Shown: positions 11,960 through 22,900 of the stretch, in pieces
Position numbering within the stretch: position 1 is the stretch's first letter
Layout: every line of letters starts with the position of its first letter
Source: Mizuhopecten yessoensis
Lineage: Eukaryota
Reading direction: 5' to 3'
DNA: 64,000 nt
Assembly (NCBI RefSeq): GCF_002113885.1
Contig: NW_018480077.1
Coordinates: 1,153,930-1,217,929 of the forward strand
Notes under the pieces: generated by a model
Seen by the model: the letters and a program-made list of their open reading frames with translations, nothing else
Told to the model about the DNA's origin: nothing
Databases searched by the model: none
Program-made: the position numbers and the translations under genes

Positions 11960-13234
11960 TTACTTTCCAATTATTTAAAGCATGATTTACTTACCGTTAC
12001 TGGCAAATTTTATGACGGAATCTTTCATGAAATTTTTAATTTAATCATATATCAGCATACTTAAGATGTTAACGAAAAAATCTAAAGACAATGAAAAAAA
12101 AATGTTTGTACATTTTTTCATTGAAAAGGATTTTTTTGAAAATTTGAATCAATTATCAAACTGATTAGGCAATTTCTAAACGTTTTTCTTCAGGTTGGTT
12201 ATGGTAAGTATGAAGTTTAGAAATGTTTCATCAAGCACAACCAGTGAGTGTTTATGTGTAAACATTTCTATGACTAGTATATGGTACATATACCCTGGTT
12301 GTGCTTCATAACCACCAATAATAATCACCAATATAACCATAATAATCACCAATATAACTTATTAGACTATGGTCAAAGTTCAGAGAAACCTGGCTTTCTA
12401 ATAAACAAGCCTATGTGCCCTGCAGACTTGAGAACATAACAGAACAGAATACACAGAAATTGTATAACATACATTATATATTTATTTAGCTTACAAATCA
12501 AACTACATACATCACCTGTATTTTTAGCTTAATGTAAGGACAAAACATCATTTTTAAAATTAAGTGTTTATCATAGAGATTCAACAAAATATTGCACATT
12601 GTTTCTGAAACATGTTCCAGAGCTTCAGCTGGTAAAGCTATATCAGAACTATTTCCCTTACTTTAAATATGAATTCTTGAGTTGTTTTCCCCTTCATATT
12701 CAGCTGGATTTGATGCTATTCCAGTATTTCAAATACAAAATGTATCTCTTCATTATGTGTTAATTATTTAAGAACACATCTGTTAAGTTTAGTATTAATT
12801 GTTACAAAACAATATTGTATACTATTGACCATATTGTTGACCATGGCCACAAACATTTGTGTCAAATAGTGGACCTAGCAGGGTTTACAAGGGGTCCAGA
12901 CACAGGTACTAGCCTTGTCTTTCAATATACCAATAGTTATATTATGGGTGTATTGACAGATGAGGCTAGTACCAGTGGTCTAAAAACACCTTCTGGAATC
13001 TGCAATGCTAAGTACCTTTAATTTATCAGAAGTTTTAAAAAGAATTATCTGAATATCATCCATTTTCCTTCAATTTTCCAAACTGCAGAGGGCTAAATTT
13101 GTTTCCTATACAAAATGAACATTTAATTTGGCAGAAGTATTCCATTAAAATCTTCTTGATCTTACACATGTTCAGTTCACATTTTTTTCCATACAGGAAC
13201 ATGAATCCTGATTGACAGGGGTAAACACTTCACC

Positions 13235-13544
13235 CTATACACCATTCAGATCAATGTTCATCGGCATGAGGAAGTCGTGCATGGCATATTTCCATGTCCA
13301 TAAGCGTGCTATCCGATTGAATTCATTCCTGTTTCCTGCGTACAGATGCCCAACCGTTGGTTCCATACAAACGTGACAATAAGGGTCCGTTAGTAATGAC
13401 TGAATACTGATCAACACTTTGGAAATTGTCAGAGCTAAACTCCAGTTATGATGTATTGAGTCCAAGCCCACGTCACCATGGCGACTGATGTTCGGATGAA
13501 ATATCTTTGTAATGAACCGTACTTTAGGAGGTCTCATTGGGTAA
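13235..13544 (-). CDS. morgue: morgue exon 7 (UBC C-terminal half, Cys replaced by Gly)
   Basis: YPMRPPKVRFITKIFHPNISRHGDVGLDSIHHNWSLALTISKVLISIQSLLTDP...stop. Confidence 0.93.
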
Positions 13545-16500
13545 CTGTAATATAAATTTTTTTATCATTATTGAAATATGGTGCCAGCAATAAAAATAAT
13601 ATCTTACATCTTCTTTATAGAACAAGTCATTCAAAGTCACTGGATGATATATTTGTGTAAACCTTCGTCCTCCCAAAAATATTAGATCCCTTCTTTTTAA
13701 ATAACCTCATCTATACCACATACTGTTACTGGTGACATACTTAATTAGTACGACAAATGAAGGACTTGCAGCCCTTTATAAATAAACTATTGATGGACAG
13801 ATTTGAGTTAAAAATCTATTTGGCTTTCATAGTGGATATCATTTTATCAACCAGCCAATGTTTCACGTGTTATTTACAGTATATAAGAAATTTGAAATAA
13901 AATGGGACAAAATACAAAGGGACAAAATGCGAACAAAACACAAAATTTCTCCTAAGTCATTACAAACAATAAGTATGAAAGGTTTTGTTGTCCTACCTTT
14001 GTGGTATCTGTAGGTACAACAAGAATAGACCTCCCTCGTAAGGACTCCCTTGGGGACCAGTGATGGAGGCCTGCCAGTGACAGCAGTGTCGGTCTAGAGG
14101 AGTAGCTTTGATCCCCTCTGGAGGGTCTGACTTTAGAGTCTTCAGTTCACTCCTCAGTCGGCGATGTCGCCAGGAGTTCTCCTCTATCGGTGGTGTACTC
14201 TGGAAAATACATTTGGAAATGTTAATATGACACAATTTTACTGGTCAGTCATTTACGGCATTCATCATCACCATTACGTTATTACTGTCTTATAAATGAA
14301 TGAATCAAAGAAATAAACTTATGTTATAAGGAACAGGTAGATCTAGAATTACTGAAATGAAGAGGTAAACCACTTTTGTAAAATTTTGCTTCTGTTGTAT
14401 GAAGCTGCAATTTCAAATAATGATGCATTAAGATATAAAGAAACAATCAGATTATGACTTTGTAGTCTGTATTACATGTATTTATATTTATTGAAACTAA
14501 TACTTAACTAATCAAATGAATTTTCTATCAAGTTCATAATTCATTTTGATATCATTTTTGAATGCAAGGGAGATAACTGTGTTACCTGTAACATCATGCT
14601 CTCTAAACAGTATTTACAAGGCGAACTCTCCAGTCTGAAAATGAACGGAAAAGAAAGAATTTGGTTAAAAAGTAACACTGTTCTAATATTGGATATTACT
14701 TTCAAGTTAATTGAATTAAACCATCTAATAGATATCTTATATATTACAATGTGAACTGACAGAAGTATGAGTAAACAAAAAAGTCAGACAAAAATATTGT
14801 TCTGACATCATTATAGCACACTTTTTATACGATTTGAGTCATATTTAGGCAATGTCCATGGACTCGTTTTTCACTGTTAATGAAAAGCAGGATCTGAAAA
14901 TTTGTTTCAACCAATCATTTTTGGGGATGGAGAAAGAAGGGTACAAGTGGCATGATCTGGAGGCTAGCAAAAAAACAAAACAAGGTGGAGGAATGTCGTT
15001 AGTGGCCTATGCTCCATCAAGGGACAACAGGATTATGCAAGTAAGCAATCATTTTGGCAGGTTTTTCGTGTATAGCAATATAAGAACCAATTACTTTAGA
15101 CAGACTTGTGAAAAGTAAATATCTATCCATTATCCAAGAAACCAGTATTAATAACCAAGGCAAAAATAATATTAATCAAATATTATTTATTTTACCTTTT
15201 TATATATGCAGACATGACACAGTACATGTTGATATTATTCAACATATATTAAATACAACACTTACAACTTTGTATAAATTGTTTTCCATGTCTTCACTCT
15301 GTACTGTGGGTAAAACAGCGGCCAACGCAGTTTGCAAAATTCTTTCCATTGGGAGTCGGTTGTCTCCCCTTCCAAGATTTGTCTCCATCTTGAACACACC
15401 CGTCCTGCTGTCCACAGGGAAATATCGTCTAGGTATTTAAATACTACTAACAACACTGAAAGACAGATAGAAATTGGTTCAGACAAATATGGTAAACATA
15501 TGGGAATTTTCAAAAAGGCTGATTTTGCTGTCTCTTTTTCACAATGATATAGACAGTTCGCAAAGTGTTACAGTTACAGATTCTATATTATTAAAACTGT
15601 CATGCTACATGATTAAATATGTTCTATGCAATGTTGTTTCATCCAGTGGCAAAAACTGAAGATACCACAGAGTCAAAAATAGCAATGTAAAGGGCATTTT
15701 CATATTTCATCAACCAACTGGTTATAAATCAAAAATCTTTCACTTTCAATTTTCTATTCAGCTCTGATTTTCAATCAACATTGACTGCTTGTGTAAACAA
15801 ATTATAAATATGAGACTTTGTTCTTAAAAGAATTTCTTTAAAGAAAATAATGACTTGAATTTTTTTCTTTCTAACGAGGCTTTTGTCAAGCGGAATTTCC
15901 AAGTCAAACTCAAGACTCGTTTTGTTTTCAAACTTTCCTATTCTATATTCTATGTATTATTTAAGATTCATAGATGCTTTCATAGTGGATAGCCAACTTA
16001 TAAAAAGTTCACAAAAACCTTTGCATCCATCTGGTTTCTTTTTTCCCATTTCTATACCCATTTACATGCATAAATATTACAGTACATGTAATGTAAATCA
16101 CTATTTGTGTAAAACATTTATTTTGTGAATTGAATTTTAATGAATGACATCTTAAGTACCACAAAAAAAACCAAATATATTTAACCATTACTGAATAGGT
16201 TTGAATAAATCCTACCAGGATTAAAATTCCATGTAAATTAAAATGAAAATGTCTATCTCATGACTGATTATGTGATTTTACAGTTAAAATCAAGAACAGA
16301 TTTGATCAAGTTTATTAGCCAGACCTTCTGGGGGCATGGAATCCACTAAACCTTCAGGTACCAGGTCTTTCTCTCTTGGCATTGTTAGTGAAGAGATTCG
16401 CTCAGTGAGTTTGTCCATTTTATGAGTGACACCAGACTTGACTCTCCTCGTCTCCTGTGGATCCTGACTTCCGTTTGTGTAGAAATCAAATGCTGCTCCA

Positions 16501-17957
16501 GGTTCCTCATTCCCTGAATCAGCATCTGAATCATCTTTCTGTTGATTATAAAACAAAACAAATGATTAGATTATGATTAACTCTATTATTTTATGAATAG
16601 TAATGTGTTGAAATACTCAACTTTTTATAACAATTAACACAAAAGATATATCCCATTACTAATCAATCCATGCCTATATATTTGCCATTCCTAAACATGG
16701 ACACAACACATATTTACAATGCAATGATAAGGGCTTTTTCAATGTACAATGCTGATTGGCAATAATGAAGGAATTTATACATTTTTCAAATGATTTTTCA
16801 ATGTGTTTATAATTTTTCATATTTTTTCTCAATATCTTATCAAGAAGAGGAAGTTAGCTAAAAAATATATTGCAAAACTTCTGAATCAATAATTTATGGA
16901 TGATATCTGCCAGAGGCAGTGATAGAAGGTCTAAACTGGGTAGTCCTGTTGTAACATTTCTCAAAAATTATGAACTATATATTTCACCATAAATCCATGT
17001 ACTATTTTTTTTAGGTTAAAGACCAGTCAAATTACAAGGGAATAGCTATATTTTTAACTTAAATTATTGATTATTAACTAAAACACTATAATGTAGTCTA
17101 ATTTACCAAACTGTTTCAATAATCATTTATGAGAATTAATAATGGAATTGGGACTTTCGAATTCTGACCTCGTTGTAAACTTCCTGATCTCCATCTTCTG
17201 AATTGATGTCTGATGTGAACAAGAAGAGATGGCAGGTGCTACACACAGGCTGGCCAAAGTTGGAGCCATAAAATCCATCACATATCATGCATCTTGAGTA
17301 CTGGAAAGATAAAGAGTGAGACATCATTATAAATATTATAGAGGCATGTCCTGTCCATTTTTTTCCCCACCAACCACGTGTATATATATGTTATTTTTTT
17401 ATGATTCCATGCCATTGACTGCTAATTATATAGCCTGGTCCCTAGACCGAGTTTTCCTCATGGTCCAACAGCAGACTTGAGGCATTCTGACAAAAAAGAT
17501 GTCTGGTTATAATTAATTTGGAGGCTCATGACACAAGACAGACATCTAACTTCATATGCCTAAACACCAGACATTATAATATCTGTCTGAATGTCTCAAA
17601 TCTAGTGTTGGAGCCAGAGGAAATTCTGGCTACCTGGTTCCTTACAGTAGAATATAATCATGAGCATAAGTATTAAAGCCATTTTGGTCTCTGTGGAGTA
17701 TAACATATATAGATAGATAGAAGAGTAAAATAGAATCATGATAAGAAGCACTGGATCCAGAACCTGTGTATCAGGATAAACCGGAATCATTTTTTATGCG
17801 GTAGATTCTAACACAAATATGTATGCCTGAAGAAAAATGATGAATTTAAATCAAATGTCGAGACAAATGAGTTGTAGAATCACTCTTATACCTCTATCTT
17901 GAGAAATTCAGAAATATTTAACTTGGAAACACTTCTTCCGGTTTTAGTGTCAGCCAT
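13235..17957 (-). CDS. morgue: Morgue orthologue: C4 zinc finger + F-box + ubiquitin-conjugating enzyme variant (catalytic Cys replaced by Gly); 7 exons, 387 aa
   Basis: Exons (-): 17957-17892, 17300-17169, 16538-16325, 15455-15266, 14634-14586, 14199-13997, 13544-13235. All introns are GT-AG and phase-consistent (1164 nt total). CMICDGFYG...CSTCH finger; F-box MPPEVLLVVFKYLDDISLWTAGRVCSRWRQI; UBC fold with FHPNISRHGDVGLD. This domain trio is the defining architecture of Drosophila Morgue. Confidence 0.9.
13997..14199 (-). CDS. morgue: morgue exon 6 (UBC N-terminal half)
   Basis: RRLRSELKTLKSDPPEGI...WQASITGPQGSPYEGGLF; AG|GTAGGA donor. Confidence 0.92.
14586..14634 (-). CDS. morgue: morgue exon 5 (LLESSPCKYCLESMMLQ)
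   Basis: 49-nt exon, TTTCAG|...CAG|GTAAC; supplies the phase 2 to phase 0 change the model needs. Confidence 0.85.
15266..15455 (-). CDS. morgue: morgue exon 4 (F-box)
   Basis: TTTCAG| acceptor; VLLVVFKYLDDISLWTAGRVCSRWRQIL...; TT|GTAAGT donor. Confidence 0.9.
16325..16538 (-). CDS. morgue: morgue exon 3 (acidic linker, start of F-box)
   Basis: KDDSDADSGNEEPG...LVDSMPPE; G|GTCTGG donor, phase 1. Confidence 0.85.
17169..17300 (-). CDS. morgue: morgue exon 2 (C4 zinc finger)
   Basis: TTTCCAG| acceptor; YSRCMICDGFYGSNFGQPVCSTCH...VYNE; |GTCAGA donor. Confidence 0.88.
17892..17957 (-). CDS. morgue: morgue exon 1 (MADTKTGRSVSKLNISEFLKIE)
   Basis: ATG at 17957 in AATATGGCTG context; GAG|GTATAA donor; phase 0 matches exon 2. 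Confidence 0.75.
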
Positions 17958-18050
17958 ATTGTTTGGGAATTACCTACTGTTGCGCATGGGTCAAAGCAAG
18001 TTCTACTTCCGGAAATCACCGGTGCGTACCAAACAGTAAGTCGGTAAGTA
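17930..18050. promoter_or_regulatory. Compact bidirectional promoter shared by morgue (-) and INTS8 (+)
   Basis: ETS/GABP-type CTTCCGG at ~17935 and ACTTCCGGAA at 18005-18014; NRF1-like TGCGCATG at 17981; YY1-like GCCATATT over the morgue ATG; plus-strand GTAAGT donors at 18036 and 18044 suggest a non-coding INTS8 first exon. Confidence 0.6.
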
Positions 18051-18477
18051 GACATAAGAATATTTGTCTGTCAAGACGACTGTGCCGATAAAACAGTTTT
18101 AGATTTGTAAAATTTTATTGTCCTTTCATTGTTTGAAATGGTGTAAGCTAATAGCAGGTTCAATTGTTGGAACTTACAAAGCTGTCAATAACGCAATGTT
18201 CTTGCGGCATGGCTAGTGAGTTCAGAAAATTGTGTGCGTTTTGGAGGGGGTGGGGGGAGGTTTACTGTAGTTATATTTTGATGAATTTCTGATATTTTTC
18301 CATAACATTCAAAACACTACAAATCCCTGATTCAATCAATAGATATGTTGGTTCTTGATGTAAATACTTGTTTCGTCTGTGAAATGCTAAAAATATATAC
18401 AGATCTTTAATTCAATAGATAATCCACTACAATGTATATGTATTAAGTGAAACTGTTGAATATGTTAAATCGTAGGG

Positions 18478-18805
18478 AAACAACCTAAAATGTAAATGAT
18501 ATTATATCGTAGAACAACAGCCTAACATTTTTGTGATGTTAAATTGTTTGACACCAACCTAAAATGTAAATATGACAACAACCTAAAATGTATCTGATAA
18601 TGTACCGCCTGCTCATATGACAACAACCTAACGTGTTTATGATGTTGTATCGTTTGACAGCAACCTAAAAATGTTTATGATTGTGTCTGACAACAACCTC
18701 AAACTTATTTTAAATTATGTACATGTATTTAATGACACCAACCTAAAATGTTTATGATGTCGTATTATATGACAACAATTAACCTAAAATTATTTACGAT
18801 GTATG
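18478..18805. repeat. Degenerate tandem repeat (GACAACAACCTAAAATGTTTATGATG core)
   Basis: About 9 imperfect copies of CAACCTAAAATG at irregular spacing of roughly 20-45 bp. Confidence 0.7.
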
Positions 18806-19808
18806 TCAACCTCTGAAACCTTCAATGAGGGAGATCTCCCCATTCCACATTTCCAATTGCTTGAAATGGGACGGCAAATTGCTTTGCTCAATTTAATTAC
18901 ATTTCCCTTTTTATGTATCAAAATATCTCCAAAAAGCGTAAATTTAATGATTCAGACGCACTTGGTATGATCATTATTTACACACACCCTGCAGTAACTG
19001 TAGGTATTCATTTGACAACGGGATGTAGATTTTGAGTTTGTGTGTGTTTGGACTTGAATGGGGGAGTTTTTAGGGAGATTGGTAGATTTCGGTCAAAATG
19101 ATGGACTCCTAATGAGGAGGATCCCGGTTGTATCGCCCTAAATCCAGTTCTCACAAGGTTGTTTCGTCCTAATTTTAAAGTTATGAATATCAGTTGAAAT
19201 GTTTTTAAGTATTAAAATTTTCATGTTTCACCACAGAATTAGATCCAAGTCTGTGGTTTTCACGAGCAAATGTTTTGTTGAAAAATTCCAGGCTGAATTG
19301 TATTTGCAGATCTGATCGACCACGTACAAATGTAACATGTTTTATAACAAAAAATGCTAAGAGAGACCTAGAAAAACTTCAAATAAGACTATACTAGCCA
19401 AACAGGACTAAACAAATTTCACCCTAAAAATATTTTTAGGGGGGAAACAACCGGAGCGAACAGGATTTAAGGTGAAATTACCTGATACCAATGTAGATAA
19501 TGATATATGTATTTCTTTCTAGTAAGTGTTTCATATATTTTTTTTGCAGATCTTGGATGGTTGTGTGTATGATCCTCTGTACTTGTGAGTAACTGCAGAC
19601 ACTAGCTGGGATTATGGGAAAATACATCAAAGAACATTAGTGATATAAAGGAAATCTAAAAGACATTGAATGTTTTTCATTCTGGATAATAGAGATTCAA
19701 TGCATCATACAATGAAGTGGCGACAATAGGTTTGTTTCACTTGGATTAATGATCTTGTGAACAGGTCAGATGAAATAGGTAAAAAGACATTGTCAATCAA
19801 CCAGCAAC

Positions 19809-19932
19809 ATGACAGAAGCTTTGCCTCGAGGAAATTTCGGACCAGGAATCACAACTCTACCTGTTATTTCCTGGTTTGAGTTTCTCCTGAATGACAAACT
19901 GCTGGAAAATCATCTACAGCTCGAAAATCCAG
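19809..19932 (+). CDS. INTS8: INTS8 coding exon 1
   Basis: MTEALPRG...ISWFEFLLNDKLLENHLQLENP; G|GTAGGA. Confidence 0.88.
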
Positions 19933-22900
19933 GTAGGAAGTCTGCAAAATTAAGATCAATTTCTTAAGAGACATAATTGTATATAAAAACCAACCATTGG
20001 TCATCATATGGTCTGGTCATTATGTACATCCCTGTACCTCGTTATTGGCTCTGATGTGCACTTCAGGGGATATAATATAGCTGAACCAGAGTTTTAAATA
20101 TTGTGTGCTGTGCTTTTTGGGACAGGACTCATGATCATGATTGTCCGGTTTGAGATCTGTCCATTTCTTGAACCTTCATGTACAAGCTGGTACTACATTT
20201 CTTAGTATATATATGCAATTGGACTCACTGTTCAAATTATATATTGAAAACAATGTTTAGGACTGGGCTGAAGACTTCATTTACTTCTAGATCTTCATTA
20301 AACTGTAAGTGCAAAAATTAGAGAAAATTTAGTGGGAAAAACGGCACAAAGGTAATTTGTATTGATTTTTAAAGTACAAAACTGAGGTTCCAATGCCATT
20401 GTCAATATCAGCATGTTTGCCAGTTCATTATATGACGGGCAATTTAGCGGGTAACTTTTCTTATTAGTTTACTTTTATCAGGTCTCTGTTTGTGAACGTT
20501 AACCATTAAGTACAATATGTCCCTGTCATACTTTACATATACATTAGATGATATTTGACACCAGACTACAGGGGCCTAGCTTGTATACAAAATGTTTGTA
20601 CATTTAAATGGTATCTAGATCTGCTGACCATGGGATTCGCACTAAGAAGTGTATAATACTTGTGTGTGTATTGGTGGAGCGTGTGGTACCCATGTGTGTA
20701 ATCTGTCTGACACATATGTGTTACATGTGAAGTCATGATCCCTGAAGCAGCACTAACGAGATCGACTTACAGATATAATTAAAATTCTTTTGTTTTAAGC
20801 GATTCATTAATTAGCAGGTCACCTTATCAGATGATCAATGTTATTGAAGCTGTAAATCAATGTTAAATCGGCACACATGGCATTTAAACGTGTATCAATT
20901 ACAGTACAGGTATGTGTACACCTCAATTTACAAGGATCCAGTGTAGGTAAAGGTCAGAAATCTTGTGATCAAAATGTCTTGTTTAGTACAGTACATGTAC
21001 AATAAAATTATCTTTTTAGTTAATACTATATACATGTGTATTACATGATTTCATGCAATGATTTATCATGATCGTTTTATAATGTTTCAATTTAATGTAA
21101 TACTTATATATTAAATAAAAAATGAACCTGATCAATTATTTAATGCCATTTAAATCCAGTGCAGTGAAACTCCGTTATACTAAATATATGATATGCATTT
21201 AATTGATAGTGATGAATGTTTTCATCTATTTTCATTAATTACAAGCCTATTCATTTTGAAATATAATGTTCAGCACATATATAGAAAGATATTGTTTCTG
21301 AGTGACTTTAATTTTACAGACAGTGCATCTCAAAAATTGGCAACAAAACAAATCATCAAGTGAATAAAAGCTAAGTTAGCAAGAGATTTAAAAAGTGATT
21401 TGATCTATACGTGTAGATTGTCTCATTTTGAGGGGCTTCATATCTGTATCCTTCTACTACCCACACAGATCCGACACCTGTCCAGCTGATCATCCAGTTC
21501 CTACAGCAGGCAGAGTCACACCAAGCAGCCAACAATGTGCAACAGATTATACAGCGGGAGATGTCTTCACCTCTCCCTCCAATCCCCACCAGCAACGGCC
21601 CGGGGCCAGACCAAATCAAGACAGAGGAACAAGGTAGTGTAGCACCTGTCTATTGTGACCACTCTTGTCCTTCCCCAGTTTTCTGCAACTATATCTCTTA
21701 AGGCTAATGAAAACCTGGTTGGTTGGTTGCAATTGGTTGACAGGTTTATAGCCTACATGATCATGACTCCACCCATGTGGGTTTCAGTTCTGTCACCCCC
21801 AACATAAAATGGGGGGGGGGCATATAGTGTTGCCCATGTCCGTCCCGTCCTGTCCTATCCTATATCCCGTCCTGTCAAACATTAAGCACTGAAACTAGTT
21901 TCACATGGTGAAGGGGGCATTCAAGTCTTACAGACATTTCCTAGTTTTAACATTTGTCTAAAATGACCAATCGGAATCCTCTTTCCTATAACTTGTCTGT
22001 TGTGACAACTCCAATTCTTCCCTTCCTTTGCACATTATCCAAACAGACCACTCCTGTCCTTCCTATCCCTTCGATCCAGATCCTGTCCATGGTGACCTCC
22101 CCAGTTCAATCACCTGTCTAAAGCAAGCACCTTTGTGATAAGACCACTTTACAATAAGCTGACTATAGTGACCACCCTTCTTTGTTGCTGTCAAAGTTTG
22201 TCTGAGTTGTTGATGGTTGTTGGTGGTTGTTGTCAGTGGTTGTTGGTGGTTTTTGTCAGTGGTTTGAGTTATTGGTAGCTATATGTATCTGCCATTTATT
22301 GTTTGAGTTGCTGCTGGTAGTTTGGGTGTTTGGTGTGTCCTATGTTTAAACCAAGGAAGAATAAATCTGACATATTGGAGAACCGTAGTTTATGTTTAGC
22401 TACTACCCCGGTAATTACATTGTATTGATGGTAAGATAAACCTATGGTATTATCCCAGGTGTGTAAATTACTCTGTATTGGTTGTTTGTAATTGTTTGAC
22501 CAGCTATGGTCAATATTGACAGATATGTATATATACAGATTCCTCTGTCCCACTACCAGTACTGAAAGTATAATTTCACTGTGTATACAAATCTCTCCTG
22601 CCTGTTTGTCTTTTGGATCAATGGACAGTAGATACTACAGATCCTATTTCAAAGGAGCAGCAGTCACACTCAGCTGGGTAGAATTCTAACATGGTCAGCA
22701 CAGTGTATGTGATTGAGATGGAGCCGCCACTGGTCTCCCTCATTACCTGTCTATAGTGCTCTGCCTCATGCTTCTTTTTCATTACCTATAACCACACTGT
22801 CCTAATACTGTCTATAGGGACCACTAATCACACTGTCCTATTACTGTCTATAGGGACCACTAACCACACTGTCATATTACTGTCTATAGGGCCCACTAAC

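Noticed and set aside
13235-14235. Stand-alone active E2 enzyme or E2 pseudogene
   Set aside because: The exons splice in frame to F-box and zinc-finger exons, and the Cys-to-Gly change is the Morgue hallmark rather than decay.
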